Shown in pieces: positions 48,582-57,816 of a stretch of 64,000 bases of DNA. How positions within the stretch are numbered: position 1 is the stretch's first letter; each line of letters begins with the position of its first letter. Source of the DNA: Planctomycetota bacterium (GTDB lineage: Bacteria > Planctomycetota > B15-G4); contig CBDFJQ010000002.1 in the NCBI GenBank assembly GCA_965248575.1, positions 224,001-288,000 on the forward strand, read 5' to 3'. The position numbers and the translations under genes are program-made. A model generated the notes under the pieces. The model saw only the letters and a list, made by a program, of their open reading frames with translations. It ran no database searches and had not been told where the DNA came from.

Positions 48582-49715
48582 TCATCCCACGGTCGTGCGT
48601 TGCGCGGCCTCACGGCGGGCTGGTTGTTCGTGAATCACCCGATGGTACGCCTCAAGGGTTTGCAGGGCGGCACGGTCCCACGTGAACTCCGACTGGATTC
48701 GTTGGCGGAGTGTTTCGGACGGCCCCTGCTCCAGGGCGGACTCCACCGCCCTGAGGATGGATGAGACATCATCGGGTTGACAGTAGCGTGCATGCTCAGC
48801 GAGGTATTCCTCGGTGCACCCGCCGCGCGTCGCCACCAGGGAGCAGCCGCAGAGGGCTGCCTCGAGGTTCACGAGCCCCGGTGTTTCGTACCAGCTGACC
48901 GAGGCGTGCACCTTCGCGCGCCGGAAACAGTCCGCCATCTGCTCGCTACCCAGGGTCTGCAGGAAGCGCACATGGGGCCCAGCTTCCTTTCGGCACTGTC
49001 GTTCATAAGCGGCCGAGGTGGGGCCGGCCTTGCCCACGAACGTGAGCGGGATGTCGGTGCCGCGCAAGGCCCGGATCAGGGAGAGCTGGTTCTTGCGTGG
49101 CTCGATGCGCCCGGCACAGAGGACGCCCGCGCGTTGCGTCGGTGCGCCGAGCTGGTGGAACACCTGGCTGTCCGCAGCACCGTGCACGATGTGGGTCTTG
49201 AGGTTCACCCGGAGCAAGGAGTTCAGGGCCGTCCGTTCCGCGTGGCTCGCAGGCAGGGTGAGGCCGACTGAGTTGAGGATCGCCCGGGCACCGCGCTGGA
49301 AACCGAGCACGGGACGGGTCTCGCCGAACGCACGCGGCGAGCGGCGGATCTGGTCAGCCCATTGATAGGCCAGGCGAACCGTTCGCAGGGCCGATCCCCC
49401 CAGACCGCGGACGATGAGCCGCTGGGTGAAGGAACGTCCCGCCCGATCGAAATCGTCGCTCACCCAGAAGATGGGGCTGAGCACCGTGGGGATGTGATGC
49501 CCCTGGAGGCTTCGACAGTGGGCGAGATTCTCCCAGACCCTGTCGAGGTGGAAGAGGTGCACGACGTCGTAGTGTTGGAGGTCGTCGCCCGGTGTGGGGG
49601 CCAGGGTGATGTCGACCCCCAGGCGCCGCAAGGCGTCGGCCGTGCGCATGATCTGGATGGTGTCGCCGCCCAGCTGCTCCTGCAGTGAGCGTCGGATCAG
49701 CCAGAGCGCCCGCAT
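48582..49715 (-). CDS. GT4 glycosyltransferase
   Basis: GGDTIQ, GRIEPRKNQ and ETPGLVNLEA. Confidence 0.92.
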   Translation of the reverse strand: MRALWLIRRSLQEQLGGDTIQIMRTADALRRLGVDITLAPTPGDDLQHYDVVHLFHLDRVWENLAHCRSLQGHHIPTVLSPIFWVSDDFDRAGRSFTQRLIVRGLGGSALRTVRLAYQWADQIRRSPRAFGETRPVLGFQRGARAILNSVGLTLPASHAERTALNSLLRVNLKTHIVHGAADSQVFHQLGAPTQRAGVLCAGRIEPRKNQLSLIRALRGTDIPLTFVGKAGPTSAAYERQCRKEAGPHVRFLQTLGSEQMADCFRRAKVHASVSWYETPGLVNLEAALCGCSLVATRGGCTEEYLAEHARYCQPDDVSSILRAVESALEQGPSETLRQRIQSEFTWDRAALQTLEAYHRVIHEQPARREAAQRTTVG

Positions 49716-49737
49716 GGCTTTCCTTCCTGCAGGCAGC

Positions 49738-50958
49738 TCATGAGGGCACAGCCACTTGCCGGTCAGGCTGTGCCGTCCACTCCCGGAAGGCCGGCGTCTG
49801 CATCGAACCGGACATCAAGACCTCGCGGATCCGGCGCGACGCCAGGCCGTCTCCATACACCGGGCGCACCTGCGCCATGGCCGACCACGCTGCTTCGTCC
49901 TCCAGCAGCTGCGTTGCGGAGTCGACGATACGGCGTCCGTTCGTGCCGACGAGTTTCACATTGCCAGCCGCGACAGCTTCGGGGCGCTCCGTGACGTCAC
50001 GCATGACCAGGACCGGCTTGCCAAGTGCTGGAGCTTCCTCCTGCACGCCGCCAGAGTCCGTGAGGATCAAGTGGCTACGACTCATGAGCGTGAGGAAGTC
50101 GAGATACTCCAAGGGTTCCACCAAGTTGATGCGCTCGTTGTTTCCCAGGAGTTCGTTTACGGGCGCCCGCACGTTTGGGTTGAGGTGCACGGGGTAGATC
50201 ACGCGGACGTCCGGAAAACGCTCGACGATTTCGCGGATCCCCTGGCAGAGCTCCCGGAAGGGATCGCCGAAATTCTCGCGCCGATGCGCCGTGACGAGCA
50301 AGAGGCGCTCCCCTGAGCAGTCCAGCTCCGCCGGCAGCTGGTGATCCTTCGCTAGCTCCATGGCCCAGTGCGTCGCATCCACCACCGTGTTGCCGGTGAG
50401 GTGCACGAAGTCGGAGTGGACGCCCTCTGTCAGGAGGGCGCCGGCCGCAGCTTCGGTGGGGGCAAAATGCAGGTCCGCGACGACGCCCGCGATGCGGCGA
50501 TTGACCTCCTCCGGAAAGGGCTGACTCCGGTCGCCCGTGCGCAGACCCGCTTCCACGTGGGCGAAGGGGATTCCCATGAAGTAGGCGGCCATGCCAGCGG
50601 CCATGGCCGTGGTGGTGTCGCCCTGGGCGATGACCACGTCGGGTTGCTCTTCAGCGATCACCTCTCGCAGGCCGAGCAGGCTGCGCCCCAGCAGGCCGAC
50701 GAGATCCTGGTTGGCCCGCATGAGTGCCAGGTCGCGGTCTGGCGTCAGGCCGAAGGTACCGAGGGCGCTCGCCAACATCTCCCGATGTTGTCCCGTGGAG
50801 CAAAGCACCACGTCTGCGCCCTGTTCGGGGCTAGGATCGGGACTGGGCTCGGGCGTCGTGCTCGGAGAGCGCAGCTCTCGGACGACAGGGGCCAGTTTGA
50901 TGGCCTCGGGGCGAGTGCCCAACACCACCAGCAAGCGCTTTCGCGACTCCGAAACCAT
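49738..50958 (-). CDS. wecB: UDP-N-acetylglucosamine 2-epimerase (non-hydrolysing)
   Basis: GTRPEAIK, GQHREM, QGDT, HVEAGLR, PFPEE, HRREN and DSGGVQEEAP. Start taken at ATG 50958. Confidence 0.96.
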   Translation of the reverse strand: MVSESRKRLLVVLGTRPEAIKLAPVVRELRSPSTTPEPSPDPSPEQGADVVLCSTGQHREMLASALGTFGLTPDRDLALMRANQDLVGLLGRSLLGLREVIAEEQPDVVIAQGDTTTAMAAGMAAYFMGIPFAHVEAGLRTGDRSQPFPEEVNRRIAGVVADLHFAPTEAAAGALLTEGVHSDFVHLTGNTVVDATHWAMELAKDHQLPAELDCSGERLLLVTAHRRENFGDPFRELCQGIREIVERFPDVRVIYPVHLNPNVRAPVNELLGNNERINLVEPLEYLDFLTLMSRSHLILTDSGGVQEEAPALGKPVLVMRDVTERPEAVAAGNVKLVGTNGRRIVDSATQLLEDEAAWSAMAQVRPVYGDGLASRRIREVLMSGSMQTPAFREWTAQPDRQVAVPS

Positions 50959-51078
50959 CCACGACCCTCCCGGGGTGTTGCGCGAAAAGGGGGGAGCCTT
51001 TCCGTTGTGTTGAGCCGCCAAACTCAACACATGGGCGAGCATATCACCGCAGGAATGGGCATCGATGCATTCTTTCGC

Positions 51079-52467
51079 TTATGTCGGCGCGGCCTTGCGT
51101 GCGTGGGCTTGGGCCACTGATCGGGCCGGTGCCGGTGTCGGGGGTTGTAGCTGTCGCTGAGTTCGGCGCGGATTGGGGAGCCCCGCATGAACAGCGCACT
51201 CGAGTTGCTCTAGAAGCAGGTCGGCGGGGAGCAATTCGTGCAGCCAGTGGCGAGGCGTTGTGGGCGGGAGTGCCGAGCGACCGGCGGCGGCATGCAACGA
51301 GCCGGCGGCAGCAACTCCCTCGGAGCCTGGGGCTGCGGAGGCTGGGTTGAGCAGTTGGAGAATCTTGTTCCAGTGTGCGTCCACAGCTTGCAGCTGCAGG
51401 CGCCGACGCTGCGCGGCCTGGCTGGGTGCGCTCAGGCCGTGCTGCTCGACCCAGCTCACTGTGGATTCCCAGGAAGGCCGGTGCCGTTCGATGCTGTTGA
51501 GCTGCTGCGCCAGGTCGTGGTGCTTGTGGTCTTCGCCGGGCGGCACGAGCAGCCAGGGCACTCCGAAGCTGACGGAGGCGATGGCGCCATGCATCGACGC
51601 ACCTGCATAGGATGTGGCCTGGCTCAGGCAGGCCGAGACGCTTTCCAGCGTGTCGGGTGTCTCCACGAGCATCGGTGGGGAGTTCATGCGGCCAGCCGTG
51701 GCGCGCAGCAACTCACCGTCCCGGTGGCAGGGGCCGAGGTCCAGCAACAGCGGCGAGCAGTGGAGAAGCGCCGACAGTCGGTCGAAGTGCGCCGCCAGGG
51801 CGGCCGGGTTGTCTTCCACTCGCCGGGGGCTGGCGTGCAGCACCAGCCAGCGCTCATCGGGTGATCGTCCTCGGGCCCGGCACAGCTCCGTGAACCGGCG
51901 TTCGAGTGTCCGTGCCCCGTACAGCCGTGAGAGCTCGAAGGCCGAGTCAGGGTTCACCTCCAGCGGGACGCCAGCCGAGCCCCCGTGCGGTTCCAGCCCC
52001 AAGGCCATGAGGTGGGCATGGCTGCCGGTGTCGCGCACGCTGAGCAGGGAGGAGGCCTCCGCCACCCGGCGCAGATGGGTGCCAGCGATGGGCGGCAGGG
52101 GCACCGGGATGCCGGGGGCGTTCCAGATCAGCGGGGCGTCGTCTCGGCGTGCCAGGTATTCCGCGGCCAACCAAAGTGCTGGGTAGGCGGCGGCGCCCGG
52201 TGCACCGCCTCCTGCATAGACGGCCGTCAACGGGGAGGCGTGGAGGATGTTGCCTCCGCCCAGCAGCACCGCCGTCACGCGCTTCCCCGAGGCGAGGAAC
52301 TCGTCCAGCCCGACACTCTCCAGCGCATCCCCATAGGGCCGCCCACCTCTGGGGGAGACGGCAATCACGTCGTGTCCCAGGGAAGCGAGGCGGCGTTGGG
52401 CCAAGAGCGGGAAGAGCGCATCACCGAAGTTGGCGACGTCGAAGGTACCCAGGATGGCGACAGTCAT
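51079..52467 (-). CDS. Polysaccharide pyruvyl transferase family protein
   Basis: FDVANFGD, LLGGGN, SVRD, PDSA and SMHGAIASVSFGVP. Start taken at ATG 52467. Confidence 0.85.
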   Translation of the reverse strand: MTVAILGTFDVANFGDALFPLLAQRRLASLGHDVIAVSPRGGRPYGDALESVGLDEFLASGKRVTAVLLGGGNILHASPLTAVYAGGGAPGAAAYPALWLAAEYLARRDDAPLIWNAPGIPVPLPPIAGTHLRRVAEASSLLSVRDTGSHAHLMALGLEPHGGSAGVPLEVNPDSAFELSRLYGARTLERRFTELCRARGRSPDERWLVLHASPRRVEDNPAALAAHFDRLSALLHCSPLLLDLGPCHRDGELLRATAGRMNSPPMLVETPDTLESVSACLSQATSYAGASMHGAIASVSFGVPWLLVPPGEDHKHHDLAQQLNSIERHRPSWESTVSWVEQHGLSAPSQAAQRRRLQLQAVDAHWNKILQLLNPASAAPGSEGVAAAGSLHAAAGRSALPPTTPRHWLHELLPADLLLEQLECAVHAGLPNPRRTQRQLQPPTPAPARSVAQAHARKAAPT

Positions 52468-52718
52468 GAGGGCGACTCCGAGCGCGGTTTCACCGGGATG
52501 AGGCAGCGTCCCGGATGCCGTGGTTCCAACAACCACGGCAGCCATCCCACCACGGAGGTGCTGCGGATGGAAGGCTGCGGGGTGGCCGGCGCGTTCCAGC
52601 CCTCGCGTTCCACCCGTGGCTGTGTACCGCGAGCGCTCCGCGTGCATGTCTGACGTAGGGGTGGCGTCCCCATGGGCGGGGAGGGTGTCTGCGAGGGGCT
52701 TCCGTTAGGATGCGCGGC

Positions 52719-54062
52719 ATGACGCCACAACAACAGCAACACAGTGATCGCCGCTCCCGCCCCCTCGCCCTGATCGCCTGCCTGCTCGTCTCGAGCCTCG
52801 TGGGTTGTGCCAGCTCGGAGGGTGTGACGCGCCCCGACCTGCTCGTGGATGAGCAGGCCCCGGACCCCATTGAGGCGGAGCAGATCCAGGATCACGTGGA
52901 TGTCCTCTCGAGTGACTCGTTCGAAGGGCGGGGTGCTGCGACGCGCGGAGAGCGGCGGGCGGCCAAGTACATCGTGGCCGTACTCAAGGGCATCGACGGC
53001 ATCGTGCCGGGTGGGCCGGCAGGCAGTTGGTTCCAGGAGTTCGCCGTGCCGGCCTCGGTTGTGATGGGTGAGGTGGACTTCGGCGTGGCGCGCAACGTGC
53101 TCGCGCTGCTGCCTGGTTCGGACCCGAGCCTTGCAGAAGAAGTGATCGTGCTCGGCGCCCACTACGACCACGTGGGTCCCAGGGGGCTGCATGGTGGGTC
53201 ACTGGGCGGCATGGGCCAGATCCACAACGGCGCGGACGACAACGCGTCGGGCACCTCGCTGCTGCTGGAGGTGGCTGCAGCGCTGGCCTCTGGTGAGCGT
53301 CCGCGGCGTACGATCATGTTCCAGTGGTACTCCGCCGAGGAGCTGGGTCTCCTGGGCAGCCGGCATTGGGTAGACGAGCCGACGCTCCCGCTGGAACGGG
53401 TGGTTGCCATGATCAACTGCGACATGGTGGGGCGCATGCAGGGCAGCACGCTGCTCATCGGTGGCACCGGAAGCTCGCCCCAACTCGAGCGCCTGGTCGA
53501 GGACGCGCGCGGATTCCTGGGGATCGACTTCGTGTTGGATCCGCCGGGTAATGCGCCCTCCGACAACTCCTCCTTCTACAACAAGGACATCCCCGCGCTC
53601 TTCCTGTTCAGCGGCGTGCACGGCGACTACCACCGCCCCACGGACGATGCGGACAAGCTGAATGCGCCGGGCACCGAGCGTGTGGCGCGGCTGGCCCGGC
53701 GCTTGATTCGCGGGGTGGACCGTGGCGCTGAAGCGCCGAGCTTTCGTTCGGCGCCCGGCATGGCCAAGTACTGGACGCCGGCCGTCTACTACGGGCTCAC
53801 CTTCGACCCGTCGGAGGACGGGGCGGCACGGCTCGCCGTCTTGACGCCGGACTCGCCGGCCGGACGTGCCCGGGACAGTCAGGGGAGGAGCCTGGCGGAA
53901 GGCGACGTCCTGCTGCGCGTCGATGGCCAGGTGCCCCGCAGCATGGGCGATCTGGAACGTTCGCTACGGGTGACGGATGACGACCGGACTGCTCGGACCT
54001 TCGAATTCCTCCGGAATGACGAGCAGCTGCTCAGCGTCCGCATCCGCCCAGAGATCCGTTAG
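52719..54062 (+). CDS. M28 family metallopeptidase lipoprotein with C-terminal PDZ-like domain
   Basis: LVGC lipobox, GAHYDH, GADDNASG, AEELG, CDM and DYH; C-terminal DSPA..L.EGDVLLRVDG. Confidence 0.92.
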   Translation: MTPQQQQHSDRRSRPLALIACLLVSSLVGCASSEGVTRPDLLVDEQAPDPIEAEQIQDHVDVLSSDSFEGRGAATRGERRAAKYIVAVLKGIDGIVPGGPAGSWFQEFAVPASVVMGEVDFGVARNVLALLPGSDPSLAEEVIVLGAHYDHVGPRGLHGGSLGGMGQIHNGADDNASGTSLLLEVAAALASGERPRRTIMFQWYSAEELGLLGSRHWVDEPTLPLERVVAMINCDMVGRMQGSTLLIGGTGSSPQLERLVEDARGFLGIDFVLDPPGNAPSDNSSFYNKDIPALFLFSGVHGDYHRPTDDADKLNAPGTERVARLARRLIRGVDRGAEAPSFRSAPGMAKYWTPAVYYGLTFDPSEDGAARLAVLTPDSPAGRARDSQGRSLAEGDVLLRVDGQVPRSMGDLERSLRVTDDDRTARTFEFLRNDEQLLSVRIRPEIR

Positions 54063-54066
54063 TCGG

Positions 54067-54495
54067 TCACGCCCCGCCGGCCACCTCGCGACGCCCCATG
54101 CTCCTGAGCTGCGTGCGCAGCCTCTCGGCGGCTTGGTCCAGCGCCTCCGGGAGCGCGTTGCGATCGGCTTTCGAGAAGTTCATGTCCCCCAGCTCCCAGA
54201 TGGGGACCAGGTGATAGTGGACATGGGGGACCTCGAGCCCGGCGACCATGAGGCCGACCTTGGGCGGCTTCCAGGTGGCGTGGATGGCGCTGGAAACGAC
54301 CCGCGCCACCTCGTGCAGATGGGCAGCTAGCTCGGCCGGCACGTCGATCCAATGGTCGATCTCTTCCCTTGGGACCACGAGGGTGTGGCCGGGCCGAATG
54401 GGCTCGATGGTGAGGAAGGCAACGCACAGCTCGTCCTGCCAAACGAAACGGCCGGGGAGTTCGCCTGCGATGATCTTGGTGAAGAGGCTGGCCAC
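54067..54495 (-). CDS. HIT family nucleotide hydrolase
   Basis: LFTKII, GHTLVVP and the histidine triad HVHYHL; GTG start. Confidence 0.93.
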   Translation of the reverse strand: MASLFTKIIAGELPGRFVWQDELCVAFLTIEPIRPGHTLVVPREEIDHWIDVPAELAAHLHEVARVVSSAIHATWKPPKVGLMVAGLEVPHVHYHLVPIWELGDMNFSKADRNALPEALDQAAERLRTQLRSMGRREVAGGA

Positions 54496-54904
54496 GGCGG
54501 GGTCTCGAAGGCTTGAAAAGGGGCGGCGCTGGGCCGCAAGCCCGGCGAGCACCGGATATACCACGGGCGAGCCGCCACGGGCCTGCAGGCGCTGCGAGCT
54601 GAGCTGGCCATCACCTGGGGGGGCGACGAGGGCGATACATCAGGTCACGCGCATAGGTCTTTGCGTAGCCCCCGGTTCCTTTATGGTCCCGCTGCCGAAA
54701 GCCGAAGAGATGGTTGCGCCCGAGACGTTCGGCCGCGGTGCGACGGACCGGCTATAGATCGACTGAGGGCTCCCACAGCTCGTCACTCGAAGGGCGCCCG
54801 GCCACCGATTTGCTGACGTCCCGAGGTTTGGAAACGCCCGCCATTTCCCGTGGAATGGTGGGGAGACTCCGACTCGCTGGACCGCCTCGACCGAAGGGCC
54901 CCGA

Positions 54905-57334
54905 ATGTTCACGACCGTCGTCATGCTGGGCATCGTCATTGCCCTGTTGCTCTATGGGTTCGGGTATTGGGCCTGGGTAGCGGCCGGGGGCTTCGCCCTT
55001 GAGCGCTGTTGGACGATCTCCGGCAGCGCCGGGTGGGACGGTGTCTCATTCTTGGGTGCGGCCTGCACCGCTCTGTGGATTGGCGCCGCGCTGCTCTTCG
55101 GGTACCAGCCCTGGCGGCGGGCGTTGCTGACGCGCCATGTCATGCGCATCATCGGCCCAATCCTGCCCGTGTTGTCGAGCACCGAGAAGGAAGCACTCGA
55201 GGCCGGGACTGTCTGGTGGGATGGCGACCTTTTCAGTGGCAAGCCCGCCTGGACCAAGTTGCTGCGTTTCGAGGTGTCGGGCTTGTCGTCCGATGAGCAG
55301 GCCTTCCTGGATGGGCCGGTGGAAGACCTGTGTGCGATGGTGGACGACTACCAGGTGACACAGGACGGCGACTTGCCCGAACCCGTGTGGCAGCACCTCA
55401 AGCATCACGGCTTCTTCGGGATGATCGTGCCCAAGGAGCATGGCGGCCTGGGCTTCAGCGCCCAGGCGCACTCAGCCGTGGTGACCAAGTTGTCGAGCCG
55501 GAGTTGTGCGGCGGCGGTCACGGTGATGGTGCCCAACTCCCTGGGACCGGCTGAGTTGATCCTGCACTACGGGACGGACGAGCAACGGGCTCATTGGTTG
55601 CCGCGTCTGGCCAAGGGCGAAGAGATCCCGAGCTTCGCGCTCACGGGGCCGGAGAACGGCAGCGATGCCGCGGCCATGCGCGCAAACGGCGTGGTCTGCA
55701 AGGGACAGTGGGAAGGTCAGGAAGTGCTGGGTCTGCGCCTCAACTGGAAGAAGCGCTACACCACGTTGGGTCCGGTAGCGACGGTGATCGGCCTGGCCTT
55801 CAAGATGTTCGACCCTGAGCAGCTGTTGGGTGAGGTGGAGGACATGGGTATCACCTGCGCGCTCATTCCCAGCGCGACGCCGGGCGTGGAGATCGGCGAC
55901 CGCCACGACCCCATGGGCGTGCCCTTCTTGAACGGGCCGAACGAAGGCCACGACGTCTTCGTTCCCCTCGACGCCATCATCGGCGGCCCTGCCATGGCCG
56001 GTCAGGGCTGGCGCATGCTCATGGACTGCCTGTCCGCGGGGCGCAGCATCTCCCTGCCGTCTCTCTCCTGCGGTTCCTCGCAACTCGCCGTGCGTTACAC
56101 CGGCGCGTACTCCACCGTTCGAGAGCAGTTCAATCTGTCGGTGGGGCGCTTCGAGGGTGTCCAGGAGGCGCTGACGCGCATGGTGGGTCTCAACTACACA
56201 ATGAACGCCGTGCGCACGCTGACGGCGGCAGCCGTGGACGCCGGTGAGAAGCCTTCCGTGCTCTCGGCCGTCGTCAAGGCGTACACGACGCAGGGCATGC
56301 GCGAGCTCGTGACGGATGGCATGGATGTGGTGGGTGGCGCGGGTATTTCGCGCGGGCCCCGCAACGTGCTGGCACCGATCTACCAGGCGGCGCCCATCGG
56401 CATCACGGTCGAAGGGGCGAACATCCTGACGCGCACCATGATCATCTTCGGTCAGGGCGCCATCCGCTGCCATCCCTTCGTCCAGGACGAGCTGGCAGGT
56501 GTGGCAGATCGCGACCTCGTGCGTTTCGACCGTGCGTTCTGGGGCCACGTGAACGTGGTCGCCTGCAACGTGGGCCGTGCCTTTGGGCGAGGCCTGGTGA
56601 CGTTGCCCATGGCGACCGATCGTGCGGGCTGGGAAGTGGGCCGCCTGCTCGGTCGTGTCTCGCGGATGAGCGCAGCCTTCGCGGTCCTGGCAGACGTGGC
56701 CATGGGGACGCTCGGGTCCGATCTCAAACGCAAGGAACGGCTCGCGGGCCGTTTCTCGGATGCGCTCGCCTGGATGTACCTGGCCAGCGCGACCGCCAAG
56801 CGCTTCGTGGACGAAGGGCGCATCGACGCCGACCGTGCCGTCATGCGTTGGAGCATGGAGCACGCGCTCTGGAAGACGCAGACCGCCCTGGTCGAGGTCC
56901 TGGACAACCTGCCCTTGCGCCCCGCGGCCTGGGCCTTGCGCTGGGTGCTCTTCCCCCTGGGCACTCGCGCCAAGCCCCCCACGGACAGGGTGGCCAACAA
57001 GGTGGCCACAGGCGTCCTGGCTGCCGGCGAACAACGGCTGCGTCACACGGCGGATGCCTACACCCCGTCCGAGCAGGAGCCAGGCCTCGGTTCGTTGGAG
57101 AAACACCTGCGTACGATTCTTGCCGCCACGGAAGCGCAGAAGCGGTTGCGCAGCGCCAGGCGCGAAGGCCGCCTTGCATCCTCTGCGGGAGCGGCGGGTC
57201 TCGCGAAGGCCGTGGAGCTGGGCATCTTGACCCAGGCCCAAGCCGATCAGGTCAGCGCCGCGCGGTCAGCTCGCGACGACGCGATCCAGGTGGATGCCTT
57301 CGGGCCAGAGGCTTTCGCTTCCCTGCGCGGTTGA
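54905..57334 (+). CDS. fadE: Acyl-CoA dehydrogenase, long membrane-anchored FadE type
   Basis: TEKEALEAGTVWW, VMVPNSLGP, FALTGPENGSDA, CLSAGRSISLP and ITVEGANILTR; 809 aa. Confidence 0.92.
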   Translation: MFTTVVMLGIVIALLLYGFGYWAWVAAGGFALERCWTISGSAGWDGVSFLGAACTALWIGAALLFGYQPWRRALLTRHVMRIIGPILPVLSSTEKEALEAGTVWWDGDLFSGKPAWTKLLRFEVSGLSSDEQAFLDGPVEDLCAMVDDYQVTQDGDLPEPVWQHLKHHGFFGMIVPKEHGGLGFSAQAHSAVVTKLSSRSCAAAVTVMVPNSLGPAELILHYGTDEQRAHWLPRLAKGEEIPSFALTGPENGSDAAAMRANGVVCKGQWEGQEVLGLRLNWKKRYTTLGPVATVIGLAFKMFDPEQLLGEVEDMGITCALIPSATPGVEIGDRHDPMGVPFLNGPNEGHDVFVPLDAIIGGPAMAGQGWRMLMDCLSAGRSISLPSLSCGSSQLAVRYTGAYSTVREQFNLSVGRFEGVQEALTRMVGLNYTMNAVRTLTAAAVDAGEKPSVLSAVVKAYTTQGMRELVTDGMDVVGGAGISRGPRNVLAPIYQAAPIGITVEGANILTRTMIIFGQGAIRCHPFVQDELAGVADRDLVRFDRAFWGHVNVVACNVGRAFGRGLVTLPMATDRAGWEVGRLLGRVSRMSAAFAVLADVAMGTLGSDLKRKERLAGRFSDALAWMYLASATAKRFVDEGRIDADRAVMRWSMEHALWKTQTALVEVLDNLPLRPAAWALRWVLFPLGTRAKPPTDRVANKVATGVLAAGEQRLRHTADAYTPSEQEPGLGSLEKHLRTILAATEAQKRLRSARREGRLASSAGAAGLAKAVELGILTQAQADQVSAARSARDDAIQVDAFGPEAFASLRG

Positions 57335-57352
57335 GGGTTCGGGCTCGCGCTC

Positions 57353-57658
57353 TCAGTCTACGTGCAGGAAGAGGTCCGTTGAGTCGCAACTGACGTCGTA
57401 GGTTTCGGCGTCATCCTCGCACGGGGGGCCGCAGACACCGGTGCGCACGTCAACTGTCGCGCCGTGCAGAGGGCACGTGGCCTTCATGCCCGCCATGCTG
57501 CCTTCGGAGAAGAAGCCGCCCGCATGGGGGCAGGCGTCGTCGATCGCGTAGTACTGGCCGGTAGTGTTGTAGACGGCGTAGCGCTTTCCATCCAGATCCA
57601 CACGGGTGCCCTTCCCAACGGGGAAGTTCTCTGCGGGACCGATGTTCTTGAGGACCAC
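57353..57658 (-). CDS. Rieske 2Fe-2S ferredoxin
   Basis: CPH...CPLHG Rieske ligands; 101 aa. Confidence 0.9.
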   Translation of the reverse strand: MVLKNIGPAENFPVGKGTRVDLDGKRYAVYNTTGQYYAIDDACPHAGGFFSEGSMAGMKATCPLHGATVDVRTGVCGPPCEDDAETYDVSCDSTDLFLHVD

Positions 57659-57816
57659 GGGCGATGCTCCAAGGAAGGGGTGCCCAGGGCAGGATGCGAC
57701 CCTGGGTGCTGGCGGGTCGCGGATTGTAGGGAATGGCCCAGGCAGAGTCAGCGACGGAGCGATACGATGTGCAGCGATCGGCTGCCCGCCCGGTCCTTCT
57801 CTTGGGAGCTTCGCTC

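Noticed and set aside
54496..54904. Long intergenic region with small hairpins and an ACGCAAAG string reminiscent of a c-di-GMP-I riboswitch
   Set aside because: The required GGCAAA/GNRA P2-P3 arrangement is absent. It is treated as an ordinary divergent promoter region pending an Rfam scan.
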